64,000 nt of DNA from Ylistrum balloti (taxonomy: Eukaryota), in contig NW_026782464.1 in NCBI RefSeq assembly GCF_031769215.1, positions 124,001 through 188,000 on the forward strand, in the 5' to 3' direction. The notes beneath the pieces were generated by a model, which saw only the letters and a list, made by a program, of their open reading frames with translations, did no database searches and was not told where the DNA came from. This document shows, one piece after another, positions 13,650-24,917 of the stretch. The position numbers and the translations under genes are program-made. Positions within the stretch are counted from its first letter, which is position 1; each line of letters begins with the position of its first letter.

Positions 13650-14225
13650 TTCTTAGTTTTATCATTATTATTATTTCTTCCACTTTCTTCCATCGGCGAG
13701 GTTTCCGACGCGTTTCTCAAAAACTATTGCATGGAATTTAACAAAACTTTACACATATATTCATACATGCGAGGCGGAGTGCAGGCCACTTGAATTTTTC
13801 CAATCCATCACTTGAGCGTATTAGGTGACACTAGGAGCAAAATGGAGTAGTCCATTTTTCATTCGGCCATCGATCGGTCATCTGAGCGGTCAGCTGTGGT
13901 CAAAATTTGGCCAAATTTTATATATTGTCCGATTTTCGTGAAAATTGGTATCCATGTATTATGTGGCACTATAGGAACAAAATGGTGTAGTCCATTTTTT
14001 ATTCGGCCGTCGATCGGTCATCTGAACGTTCAGCTGTGGTCAAAATTTGCCCAAATTTTAGATATTTTCCGATTTTCGTGAAAATTGGTATCTATGTATT
14101 ATGTGGCACTAGGAGCAAAATGGAGTAGTCCATTTTTCATTCGGCCATCAATTGGTTATCTGATCGATCAGCTGTGGTCAAAATTTGCCAAATTTTAGAT
14201 ATTGTCTGATTTTCGTGAAAACTCT
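13650..14225. mobile_element. Non-autonomous element with internal tandem repeats of about 139 bp (3 copies); Helentron/HINE-like
   Basis: Units start at 13830, 13968 and 14108 (ACTAGGAGCAAAATGGAGTAGTCC...). A TTATTATT tract and a unique 5' segment precede them. The element is absent from the paralogous block near 18.7 kb. The class is inferred from architecture only. Confidence 0.5.
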
Positions 14226-14246
14226 TTAGTGGTGCTAAGAACATAT

Positions 14247-14490
14247 GGTGGTCGGGTGGCGCAGTGGTAACGCACTCGCCTTTCACCTAGTCGACCGGGG
14301 TTCAATTTCCGGAACGGACGTGAAAAGGTAAGGGGGTCACCTGCCCGACCACGTGGGTTTTCCCCGGGTACTCCGGTTTCCTCCCACAATAAGACCCCTC
14401 GCACACTTACATCCGGGCCAACAAGAGTGATTAGTATAAGTTGACATAACTTGTTTCGCAATTGTTGTAAAATAAATAAAGTTTATATTT
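14247..14490 (+). mobile_element. tRNA-derived SINE with V-domain core (V-SINE-like)
   Basis: Pol III A box TGGCGCAGTGG and B box GGTTCAATTTCC, the core GGGTTTTCCCCGGGTACTCCGGTTTCCTCCCACA typical of V-SINEs, and an A/T-rich tail. Confidence 0.75.
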
Positions 14491-14960
14491 ATATTTATAA
14501 GCCTAAGAGGCGGTTGAATAAAAATCTAAAGTGATCGAAAGAAATGTCTGTATCTAGATGTGGAGGTGCGCTAGCCATATAATTCAATAAACATATTTTT
14601 ATGTATCTGATGACAAGGGCATCTGTTTTGTTAAACTTGAACTTGCTGATAATTGCATAATAATGATAATAATAATAATCTATATTTAGAACGCTTTTCA
14701 GAATTTTTTTTTTCAGTTTTCTGTTGATAATCATATTTATTGCTATACATATATAGAAGTTAAATCTGTATTTTCCTTATCTTCGTAAAAAAAGAATTTG
14801 TTTTTGTTCCAGATAACCTTTCACTTTTTCAAATTTGAGTGAATATCAATAACTTCTCGCTTATACCCCCTGAATGATATACTAGATGGCGCTCTAGTTG
14901 TTACGGTCCTGGTGTTTTGCTCACGTGAAGAGTAGATATACTATATCTAGACCTGTCGAT

Positions 14961-15175
14961 ATGCCGAAAACGTGTTGTTGTGTTCCCCACTGCCATAAGG
15001 GAGGGGGCCATTCATTCCCAAGTGAAGATAAGCTGAAAGGTTATGGGTATCTGTCATCAGACGAAATTCTTTGGTGAGAAAATATGAGCGATGGACTCCC
15101 TCAAAAACAAGTGTCGTCTGCAGTGCCCATTTTCTCAAGACTAACTACAAAACTGAGACAACTTACGATAATAAT
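14961..15175 (+). pseudogene. Frameshifted THAP zinc-finger domain, probably a DNA transposon remnant (P/Harbinger/Kolobok type)
   Basis: The reading MPKTCCCVPHCHKGGGHSFPSEDKLK, then a 1-nt frameshift, then RLWVSVIRR...WTPSKTSVVCSAHF gives the full THAP C2CH signature with the FP, W and AVCSxHF-like motifs. It is not in the ORF track. Confidence 0.8.
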
Positions 15176-16197
15176 GCAATGTTGTTGGATTACTTCTGTT
15201 TGTTGTTTCTTTCTCATTAGGTTTGTAATGAATAATTACTCGTTTTGATTTTCTGTATTACAAAATTCTAATGACTATATGTATTTTGGAAACAACAGGG
15301 ATGGGACCGGGATGTTGGGAGGGGGAGGGGTCATGTACAGCAGGATTCCTTTCACGTTGCAAGAGTTGCACACTCAAATATGAAAAGAAACACGTTAAAA
15401 CAGAAGATTATTTTAGCATCTGTAGCTTCTAAAAAATCACCGATCGCTTTGTGTATGTTAAAGATAAACAGTCTCCGATTAGTCACAACTTAAATATGTA
15501 CATTCACAGGGGCTCGGTTTCGGGGCTTGTTATAATACTGAATAACTCATAAAGATGCTTCTGATCAATCTTATCACCTTAAGGGTAACCAGTTAACATT
15601 TTTAACTTGTAAATTACTGGTAATTTTCATAGAATGTCAGTTAACAACATCAACAACATTAAAATACTCAATATATATATCCACCTGAACATTAACAGCA
15701 TCTAAAATGTCATTGTGTGTATTCAGTATTTTAATGTTATTGTTATAACTGATATTATTATGAAAAAATAAGTGTGTTGCCACTAATAAAAAGTAGGGTA
15801 GGTAGGTCGGAAGTATTTATTTTTTCTTTACTTCCCCCCCCCCCCTATTTTAAGTCAATACTAGAACATACCTTATATACCTAATAAGAGGGCTCATTCC
15901 TTCATCATGCATCCCTAATTGTTCAATTACACTAATAACATAGACACATTGTCTACATTGATAAATATTGCAAATTGTCTCATCACACCAATATGTGTGA
16001 ATAAGATACCCATTAACATTACAAAAACTAATTTAAAATGGTAACTGTGGCGGGAAGCATTCTGGTATATCAAGAATTGACAAATCTGAACAAAATATCG
16101 TACATATTTTATCTAGATAATCATTAAATGAATAAAATACAACATCGTTACTCTTCAATGAAAATAAAATACATGTAAAAGAAAAAAGAAATTGTGT

Positions 16198-17763
16198 TTA
16201 GGTATTGTATTTTCCGAAGGTTGCATAATATTCCAAAAAAGATGTGAATCTAAAGAAGACAGACACGGGGAGTAAAATTTCATACACAACATTTAGTAAG
16301 TCTTTGGAAAAATCATTATGTTCCAGTATCCGATTGACTGGAAACTCAGTTTTAAGAAAGCTGTCGTTGAACCAGAACATAAAGTTGCTTATCATTGTAA
16401 ATATCAGAACTGATTCAAGCAAATCGATGTTTGACCGAGGGTCACATTTCTTACATCGGTTAGCATGCAAAAGAAAGACAACCTGGAGATAGTCCTGGAA
16501 TATGCTGATGATGCTTGTGGACATGAGCATTTTTGCTGAAATATCTGAAGATACGTCACCGCCTATACATTCGCAGATATGCATCATAAATAATCCAAAC
16601 GCCGACAGTAAATAGACGTGCTCCCATGTCTTCAGACCTTGCGAAGATTTGTCAGGACTACAGTACTGAACTAAACAAAAGAAACCAATGAAGATTGCGA
16701 GAACAATCATAGCCTTTAACACTAATTCATACACTTCAGAGACATATCTCATACTGTTTACGTCTCCTATATCCATCGCCATGGCAACATAACAAACAAC
16801 TTGCCCAAGTCCCAATGCAATACTTATAATCAGGGTAATTAACTGACATGCCGTTCGTCTGCCTTCATTTCTCGAGTGTTCCGTCGTTGTTTCAGATGAC
16901 AGAAGTGACGATCTCTCTGAATCATTTATGTCGCTTATTTCTATGTACGGCACTTCACCATTAGGATGTTGTACTTTTGTGGGAGACCAAATTTCCAGAA
17001 GAATCGTACAGGACAGCAAAACAAACTCTGTAAAATTTGGTCGCAGAATCGAGCTTGATTTTTCAAGAAGAACGATCATGGTGTTGTTGTTTTTTAAACA
17101 GCGTGCTATATCATTGTCAGGGTCGATATCTATAATTGTAGATAGAGTATTGCCCATAATGTTGACGTACACAAAAATGGAAACATTTCCTGCTAGCAGC
17201 ATAGACATTGTACAATTAACTAGATCAGTTGGTTCCAGTTCGTATAGTGAAAAGTACGTTATGAAAATCATCTGTGTGAAAAGACATATGATCAATAAAG
17301 TGTTGAAGAAGAGCACTATGTTCCAGAAATATCCTCCAGATATGTATATGGAACATTCAATTTGCTTGGCCAGGAGGAAACCACAATAAAAAACTGTTGC
17401 TAAGCCAAACATCCAGAGGAATATTACCTGTAATTTGGGAGTGCTTGTGTTTCGTTTTGCTGCAACAATGGACTGCAGGCCATGTTTATTAACCAGGTAT
17501 CCAAGGACAAAGATACACGTCATAGCGGTAATCATGAGTAATGTGAGGAGAAGAAGAACAAATCCCAAACGAATTTGTGTGTGTGAAGGTATCCGTTTGC
17601 TGGCGGTGAACACTATCACTATAGCAAAGACGACCAAGAACAAAACACGTGAAGAGATAATACAGTCATAATACCGGGATCCATTCCGTCGTGTTCGGCA
17701 ATTTCCGGCCATGAAGGGCAGGACCACTACGGACGTCAGCAGCTTCCCACACCAGGAGTCCAT
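16198..17763 (-). CDS. OTOP: Otopetrin-family proton channel, paralog A copy 2 (521 aa, single coding exon)
   Basis: 12 aa differences from copy 1. The true start is probably the ATG at 17763. The 22-aa extension in the ORF track runs through the splice acceptor ttttattccag. Confidence 0.85.
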   Translation of the reverse strand: MDSWCGKLLTSVVVLPFMAGNCRTRRNGSRYYDCIISSRVLFLVVFAIVIVFTASKRIPSHTQIRLGFVLLLLTLLMITAMTCIFVLGYLVNKHGLQSIVAAKRNTSTPKLQVIFLWMFGLATVFYCGFLLAKQIECSIYISGGYFWNIVLFFNTLLIICLFTQMIFITYFSLYELEPTDLVNCTMSMLLAGNVSIFVYVNIMGNTLSTIIDIDPDNDIARCLKNNNTMIVLLEKSSSILRPNFTEFVLLSCTILLEIWSPTKVQHPNGEVPYIEISDINDSERSSLLSSETTTEHSRNEGRRTACQLITLIISIALGLGQVVCYVAMAMDIGDVNSMRYVSEVYELVLKAMIVLAIFIGFFCLVQYCSPDKSSQGLKTWEHVYLLSAFGLFMMHICECIGGDVSSDISAKMLMSTSIISIFQDYLQVVFLLHANRCKKCDPRSNIDLLESVLIFTMISNFMFWFNDSFLKTEFPVNRILEHNDFSKDLLNVVYEILLPVSVFFRFTSFLEYYATFGKYNT

Positions 17764-17875
17764 TGTACAGAGTCTGGAATAAAAATGTGAGTTAAGTAGA
17801 CCTTTCCATACCGAAGTAGCGATTAGCATTTGGCTATGATCGCCTCTTTATCCTTAATAACAAAAGGAAAATACA

Positions 17876-17900
17876 TGTGTGTGTGTGTGTGTGTGTGTGT
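17876..17900. repeat. (TG)n microsatellite
   Basis: Read directly. It occupies the position where copy 1 has different sequence and the N gap. Confidence 0.9.
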
Positions 17901-20065
17901 ATTTATCTTGGTACCTGGTACTGTTTAAAATATACAAGTAGATGTGGTAACAATCTAATGAGATATCCTGATATGTCACTCAGTACGATTGTCCAGTTGT
18001 TGGTCCAAACGCTGTTTCTTATTGCAATAAAACAAACAGGATGGTGTATAATAGACTGGTATTAACTTTAAATAAGGACAAACAGACCAGGAAGTTTTTG
18101 TGTGGATTTCCATCTTATTTCCTTCCTCCCGCTGAACAATTATGTCATTACAGTGCATGTTTTAAGATATGCATTCAGACTAGAATGGTGATATATACGC
18201 ATATAAATTAAAATGATGAAGTCGTTATATAAACACTTACACGTGTACATCACTATCAGGCAGTCAGAAAATGTAATAATAACATGAACAGTAGTAAATG
18301 ATGCCAAGCTGCGTTAGAGATATGGATAGTATATTCATACATTTACGTTTCAGAATTTTAAAATGAATTTGATGAATAGGGAGGAATTCTCCGTTTAAAA
18401 CCTATTGTGATACTGACTTAATCTTTCCTATGTTTGATATTTATGGCAGTCGAGGGCTGGCATTCTGCAACACAAATGTGATTCGATCTAAGATATGAAG
18501 AATTTCAAACTGAGTCGCATATAAATATCCGTCAGTTGTGTGTACATGTAATGCACTTTTTGTCGAACAAGTTTGTGTCAAACATTTCCAAATTCTTCGA
18601 TTCGACTGAATGCTCTTGTTTTCTGGCTCTGTCAGCAATTCTGTTGGGTATGACATAACTTTGTCAATGACCTCAATTGTCCCCAGATAATACCTTTTCA
18701 TTTTTGTTTCAGTTTTGTAATAATAATAATCTATATTTAGAAAACTTTTCAGAATCACACAGATTTGTTATTACAATTGAATTCCCAGCTGATAAATGGG
18801 TGATGTATAAAACAGTAGCAGATCTTAAAGAATTGTCATATTGTGCTCTGTACTTTGAAGCAACACCTTTTTAATCAGTAAATTTTAATTTTTTATTCAG
18901 AATTTGTAATTGGTTAAGTTAAAATTTTACTATTTTGAATTTGTGTGAACAACAACATAAACTGTTAGATATAGGATGACCTTGTACTTCGTACTTATTT
19001 TTTCAGATTTCTGTTGATAATCATATATCTATTGCTATAAATATATAGTAGTTAAACCTTAACTTATCTTAGTAAAAAAAGAATTTTGCTCTCAGAATTG
19101 ATCTTCGTTCTAGACAACCTTTCACTTTTTTCAAATTTGAGTGATTTATTTTGTACTCAAGTTTACATATTGGTTAAATGTGTACTGTTTTCTAATTTGA
19201 GTAAATCAACATAAAATTGTTGTCATACATATATATTACATTGTAGTTGTATATCTAAATTTTTGTGTATTCTCTATACTCACTGTCATACATTACTTAA
19301 ACATTTTATTGTTGGCATAAAAATCATTGTGTCTGAGAATTGTTTTCCCTATAGATATCTATATCTAATGATTCTTTCCTATTACTTACATTTAGCTCGG
19401 TTTTAAATGTGTATTAAATTATATGTAGGAATAGCAACTTTCATAGATTTTATTATTGATTTGGTATCATGTCTACAAAATGAGTGGACATTCTTTGTTG
19501 AAACAAACGATTTACTATATAAACACATTCCTTGCTTCTTTTGCAGAGTTTAAGCCACAATCCAACAATTGGTTACTTTATACTGACAAATGACCAACAT
19601 TGATGAATACGGTATATATTGTGATGTCGACAAAAAATAACAAGACTTAGCTGTGGAGTGTACGTTTGGGATTGGTGTGTTGTTTATATTCTCTCCATCA
19701 TCATACAGCCCTGAGTAATGGGACAAAAGTTTTATACAAAGCGGTAGTAAAACCAGGAAACCACAAAAAATCGTTTCTAGGTCTCTTTAACATGTGTCAC
19801 ATTTTATCCATTTTGTTCACAACTTCAACAACTGTAATGCGATAGCCATGAAAAAAAATCCGGATAGTAAATCATGCTTTCACAATCACGACAGGAAATT
19901 ATCTCTTCAATCTATCTAACAAAGACATACATGTAGCAATGTACATATTACCGCTTATTAAGGAAGAAGGGAAATTAATGTAAAAACATCCCTGTATGAA
20001 CTTTAAGCATACTATTCGTTTTGGTTCAGATATATGTGTGTAAAAGGAAAGGAAATATTAAAGAA

Positions 20066-20726
20066 TACACGAGTACACGGTAGAACGGGTATTCATTCTA
20101 GCCTCCGACCAGGAAGGGTACCTGGATACACGAGTGTGGTAGAACGGGTATTCATTCTAGCAGCGGGCTATCTAGGGTACCTAGATACACGAGTGCGGTA
20201 GAACGGGTATTCATTCTAGTCGCCGACCAGGAAGGGTACCTGGATACACGAGTGTGACAGAACGTTCATTCATTCTAGCTGCGGACCAGGAAGGGTACCT
20301 GGATACACGAGTGTGGTAGAACGGGTATTCATTCTAGCAGCGGGCTATCTAGGGTACCTGGATACACGACTGTGGTAAAACGGGTATTCATTCTAGCAGC
20401 GGGATATCTAGGGTACCAGGATACTCGTGTGTGGTAGAGCGGGTATTCATTCTCTCCGCGGGCAATATAGGGTACCAGGATACACGAGTGTGATAGAACG
20501 GGTATTCATTCTAGCAGCGGATTAGCTAAGGTACTGGGATACACGAGTGTGATAGACCGGGTGTTCATTCTAGCCGCGCACCAGGTAGGGTACTGTAACA
20601 CACAAGTGTGATAGAACGGGTATTCATTCTAGCCGCGGACAAGGTAGGGTACCAGGATACTCGAGTGTGAAACAACGGTATTCATTCTAGCCGCGGACAA
20701 TCTAAGGTACTATAACACACGAGTGT
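20066..20726. repeat. Minisatellite, about 59-bp unit (TACACGAGTGTGGTAGAACGGGTATTCATTCTAGCCGCGGACCAGGAAGGGTACCTGGA), about 11-12 copies
   Basis: Unit starts at 20127, 20186, 20245, 20304 and onward. A solitary related unit lies at about 21275-21330. Confidence 0.9.
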
Positions 20727-21459
20727 TAAAAGATTCTTTGTTGAATAGTGGAAAGATTAAGCCCAGACGCTGTGCGGGTTGTCATGCCTTCAGGAACCTA
20801 TACATAATGATTAATTTCACGGTAGTATTTATATTAAAATGTCGCGGAACAAAGTGATATTAAACATTAGGTAACAGGCTAACAAACATTGAGTAGTTAA
20901 CATAGACTTATACGTGGAAATTATCGTAAATAAAGTTGTTTTCAACAATGTAAGTATACACTGACCTTCTTACGAACTGTGTAGATAGGACTCAGGTAAT
21001 TACTTACATAATCAGGGAATGAATTTTAAAAAATGGTCATATATAGTAGACAGAGTAACAAAAGTATGCCTCTGGCTGCTGGTCAATACATAATTGCCCA
21101 CTGGTCTATAGATGTCAGTATTTAGCTGGTCTCGTTCTGGCATTTACATTATGATAAAAAATCTGACAGATGCCTAACAGAACACAAATTTTGAATAATT
21201 TACTAAATTCACATATCAACTTTTAATACTTCAGTGTCATAGATCAAGTATTCATTCATACTGCGGAATTGTTAAGGTACCGGGATATACAAGTGAGATA
21301 GATCGGGTATTCATTCTAGCCGCGGACGTTAACTGACACATTTTCCGATTGATATGAATATTAATTGACTATTTTAGGAGTATGTGATTATAGTATGCAG
21401 TATGCTATATTAAATAAATTATGTAATTGTTTTGTAATTATCAGATATGCAGGTACAAA

Positions 21460-21650
21460 TAGTAGTCTACAGCAGATGCCTATATATCCATTGCTGCACG
21501 GGTCTCCGAGCTCAAGTCTGATAAATCACTCATCAATGACTGGCCTACGATTCGACTAGCGCTACGGGAACGTAACCCATGGTTACCAGTAGAAATAAAT
21601 ATAGTTGCAAATGAACCAAATGGCTTCAAGAGCTCATGATATTTCAGCTT
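21460..21650 (+). repeat. Dispersed repeat, copy 1 (inverted partner at about 31920-32150)
   Basis: CGACTAGCGCTACGGGAACGTAACCCAT..CCAGTAGAAATAAATATAGTTGCAAATGAACCAAAT matches the reverse complement of about 31925-32012. Confidence 0.7.
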
Positions 21651-24600
21651 TTTCATGAAAATATTGCTTCATAATTTGTTATTTTAAACATAAATACCTC
21701 TTAACAGGTGTTATATTAGTTGCATTGAAGTTTTAAATGAAACTGTGTACCATGTATGCAAATGAGTTTATACTAACACAGACGACATTACGGAACTTAT
21801 ATGAGAAATCGACAAAAAGGTTGATGGTGGGTGTGTATACTTCAAAAGGAAATCTTCAAGCGTTACGTTTAGAGTCACGTGAAAATCAGGTACACAATCG
21901 GAAGGAGGTACCTTGCTCATATGTATATATTTAATTGATTATGAGTTTTTTGAAATGGTATACATAGATTAAAACTGTTAATATCACAGTATTTCATTAT
22001 TTGTGTGACACTGCATGACCGTTACACTACAAATGTTAGGCCTTCATCCCAACCTATGTAGTAACTATTAGTAGTCAGGCTGTTTCACACGTGTTACATG
22101 GACATCACAACTAATGATGCTATCTTTTTACACATTGTCCTTTTACTTATTATGCGAATAAAGATCTAGATCCTACAATTTTAACGAAGTGTTGATTTAA
22201 TGTTTTAAGGTTCAATCTTCGTTCAGTCTTACAACACAATATGACGGCATCAATTCATGGAGTTCTGTTGTGTCAGCAATAACGAAATGCATTTGTAATC
22301 GGTCAGCATTTCAAGACTCAATGTACCGTAATGGCATATCTTATTCACGATAACTGTGAAATAATTTATTAGGAAATGGTATTGACCACAAGTATGTCAG
22401 AACAGGTACTGGAACAAGTGAACTAACTGGTGTGTGAAGGTTCGCCGTACAGATTTTATGTGACTTGTTGCTCTTAAATAAATAAATACAAATAAGCAAA
22501 TGAATTTAGGGTCGGCAACAAAATGAAATTTATTACATGTCTGGTCATTTTACATACATGTAGCCATTGATCTTAGTTTCAAGACACAAAATGGAGTGTT
22601 TTACGTCCACTATTACGGTCTTTCGGCCATCCAGAGTATCAAGAATCTATACATACCATTCTCGGTCCGCCTCTAGTAGATCAAAATTTACCAACCAATG
22701 GAATGCACGGATACCGCTAGGCAACGCCTTTTCAGTGTTGTGATTGACAAAGCTGACAGAAGCACTCAAGGTTTACGAGTTGCGAAATACAAAATAAGGC
22801 CAATTTTAACGGACGCAACATGATATGTACAGTATGAAAATGATTATGAACACTATGGTCTGGGAGTATCTAACTTAATGCTTCAAACATCATTGGACGT
22901 AAAACACAATAAAATATCATAATACATATATGATACGTGCAGATATTTCTTACAAGTAACCGAAATAACGTGGAATTTTCCTACGTTATGTTGTCATAGG
23001 GTTTAATGATGTGTAATTTGGATGTACATATATTTTCCTTAATCCGTGACAAATCAGGATATAAAATGAAATATGTAAAAAACAAGATATATGTACCTAA
23101 ATGACGGTCTTTAAACTAACCATGGAGATACGCAAAATAGACGTATGCATATATATATATATATACGTATATTTGTAATAATTTCATCTAATTTATAAAT
23201 TAGTATGTCACTGAAGCCAGATCATAGTCTCTGATAAAGCAGAACTCGTCATTTCATTTAAGGAAAGAGTGTTACGTAGTACATTGCATATTCATCGGAA
23301 ACACATGGTATTCGCTAAATTTGGAACATTTTGCTTCTATTTCCATGTCCCTTTTTGTGTTCTGTAAACAACAGATCTTCATTTCAATTGATGCTCTGAA
23401 AGATGTAACTTTAGACTTCACAATAAGCAAGTTTTTAGCGCATTCTGCGTGTTTCTCCTCGTTTCGTTTTCATTTCTTTTACGGTTGAAGACAGTGTCTT
23501 TCAGGGAGTACACAAACACTTTGCTGAATATAACAATCACATTATATCGAGTGTACAGACGACATCATGTGACCTTCATTCCAACTTATTTGTATGGAAT
23601 AAGGAAGTGCTGGTGAGTCCTGCTGACGCCTCTGGATCCTCCGTATTCCGATCGCAGAGGTTTATCACAGTTCAATAGGTCATCCCAAACATCGGCTTTC
23701 ATCGCGAATCTTGAAGTTCGCCGATCATTGCGATGATTCGGGTTTTTTTTCTGAATTACTGTGACGAGTACTGTAGATATCCCAGGCATTATTTTAGTAC
23801 CTCATCTTACTCCCTACAACGGTTTTCAGGTGAGGTGGCTCACTTGATTTCCATATTTGGCGAGCTTTACGAGACTTAAAATACATATGTCTAGGTGAGG
23901 CGGGAGAGTTGTATTAAAAATCATACTCGGCAAAGAAAAGAAATTATATTGAACTTCAGTCCTATTGTCCGCTCGGGTCATATATACATAGTGAGGTTGT
24001 GCTATTTTAAAGATATGGTATAGTTAAGTTAACATTAGTGAAAATGTGCATGATTCGTCAACAAAAAAGAAATTAATCGGACACATGAAATCAAAATCAA
24101 GAAGATGACTACATGTCATAATCTTAACTCAGAAACAAATTGGTGAATAAGGACAAAATGGGAAAAAAAGGAAGACGGAGACCCTTGGAAAAAGACACAA
24201 GGAGAATAAGACCAGGTGTTCCAGATGGTTAAGTGTCTTTTGCTTCATCGACAATATCGCCATAGAAATTGTAATAAATTCAAGTGAGTATAATGTTCCC
24301 GAATGAAAACCATGTTTATCACAACAAATCAAGCCACTATGTATCCTGACGGTAAACAAACACAAAACGAGTCATATCGTACATGGGAAAAAATGTCCTT
24401 GAATGAGATCATGACGGCGACCAATCATTTCCATATCGCCAACATTCATCTTTTAATACCATTCTATATTTATATCAGGCATCTTTTATTAAATATTGAA
24501 AATATTGATGAACCGCGTAGGTTTGAGAAGCAGACTAACATTGGAATATTCACATAAGTGAAATTAATATAAATCATTCTTATGTTACCGCTCAGTAGGA

Positions 24601-24747
24601 GGCTGTCCGTGTCAGTTACCTTGTCAGTAAAGACCGATGTAAGCAGCTTATACAGATGCATAATAATTTCTCTTGTCTTCTTTTTAAGTTTCCTGGTGGA
24701 TCTTTAACAGGAGGAGCCACTTGATGGCATGGACGGTAGCCATATTA

Positions 24748-24917
24748 GACTGGAGCCAATTTTGGTGTTATTTTAAGAGGGACATGGTCAGTAAAAGACT
24801 GGAGACAATTTTGGTGTTATTTTAAGAGGGACATGGTCAGTAATAGACTGGAGACAATTTTGGTGTTATTTTAAGAGGGACAATTTTGATGGTTTTGTAC
24901 TATGGACAGGTCAGTAA
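24748..24917. repeat. Short tandem repeat, 49-bp unit, about 3 copies
   Basis: AGACTGGAG(C/A)CAATTTTGGTGTTATTTTAAGAGGGACATGGTCAGTAA at 24748, 24797 and 24846. Confidence 0.9.

Noticed and set aside
14247-14320. Possible tRNA gene
   Set aside because: A and B boxes are present, but they continue into a V-SINE core and tail with no clean cloverleaf acceptor stem. It is a SINE head.
10515-17671. + strand ORFs overlapping the otopetrin genes (82, 153 and 78 aa, each twice)
   Set aside because: Antisense shadows of the OTOP CDSs.
17764-17829. 22-aa N-terminal extension of OTOP A copy 2 in the ORF track
   Set aside because: It starts at a non-ATG codon and runs through a polypyrimidine-AG acceptor. 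It is intronic.
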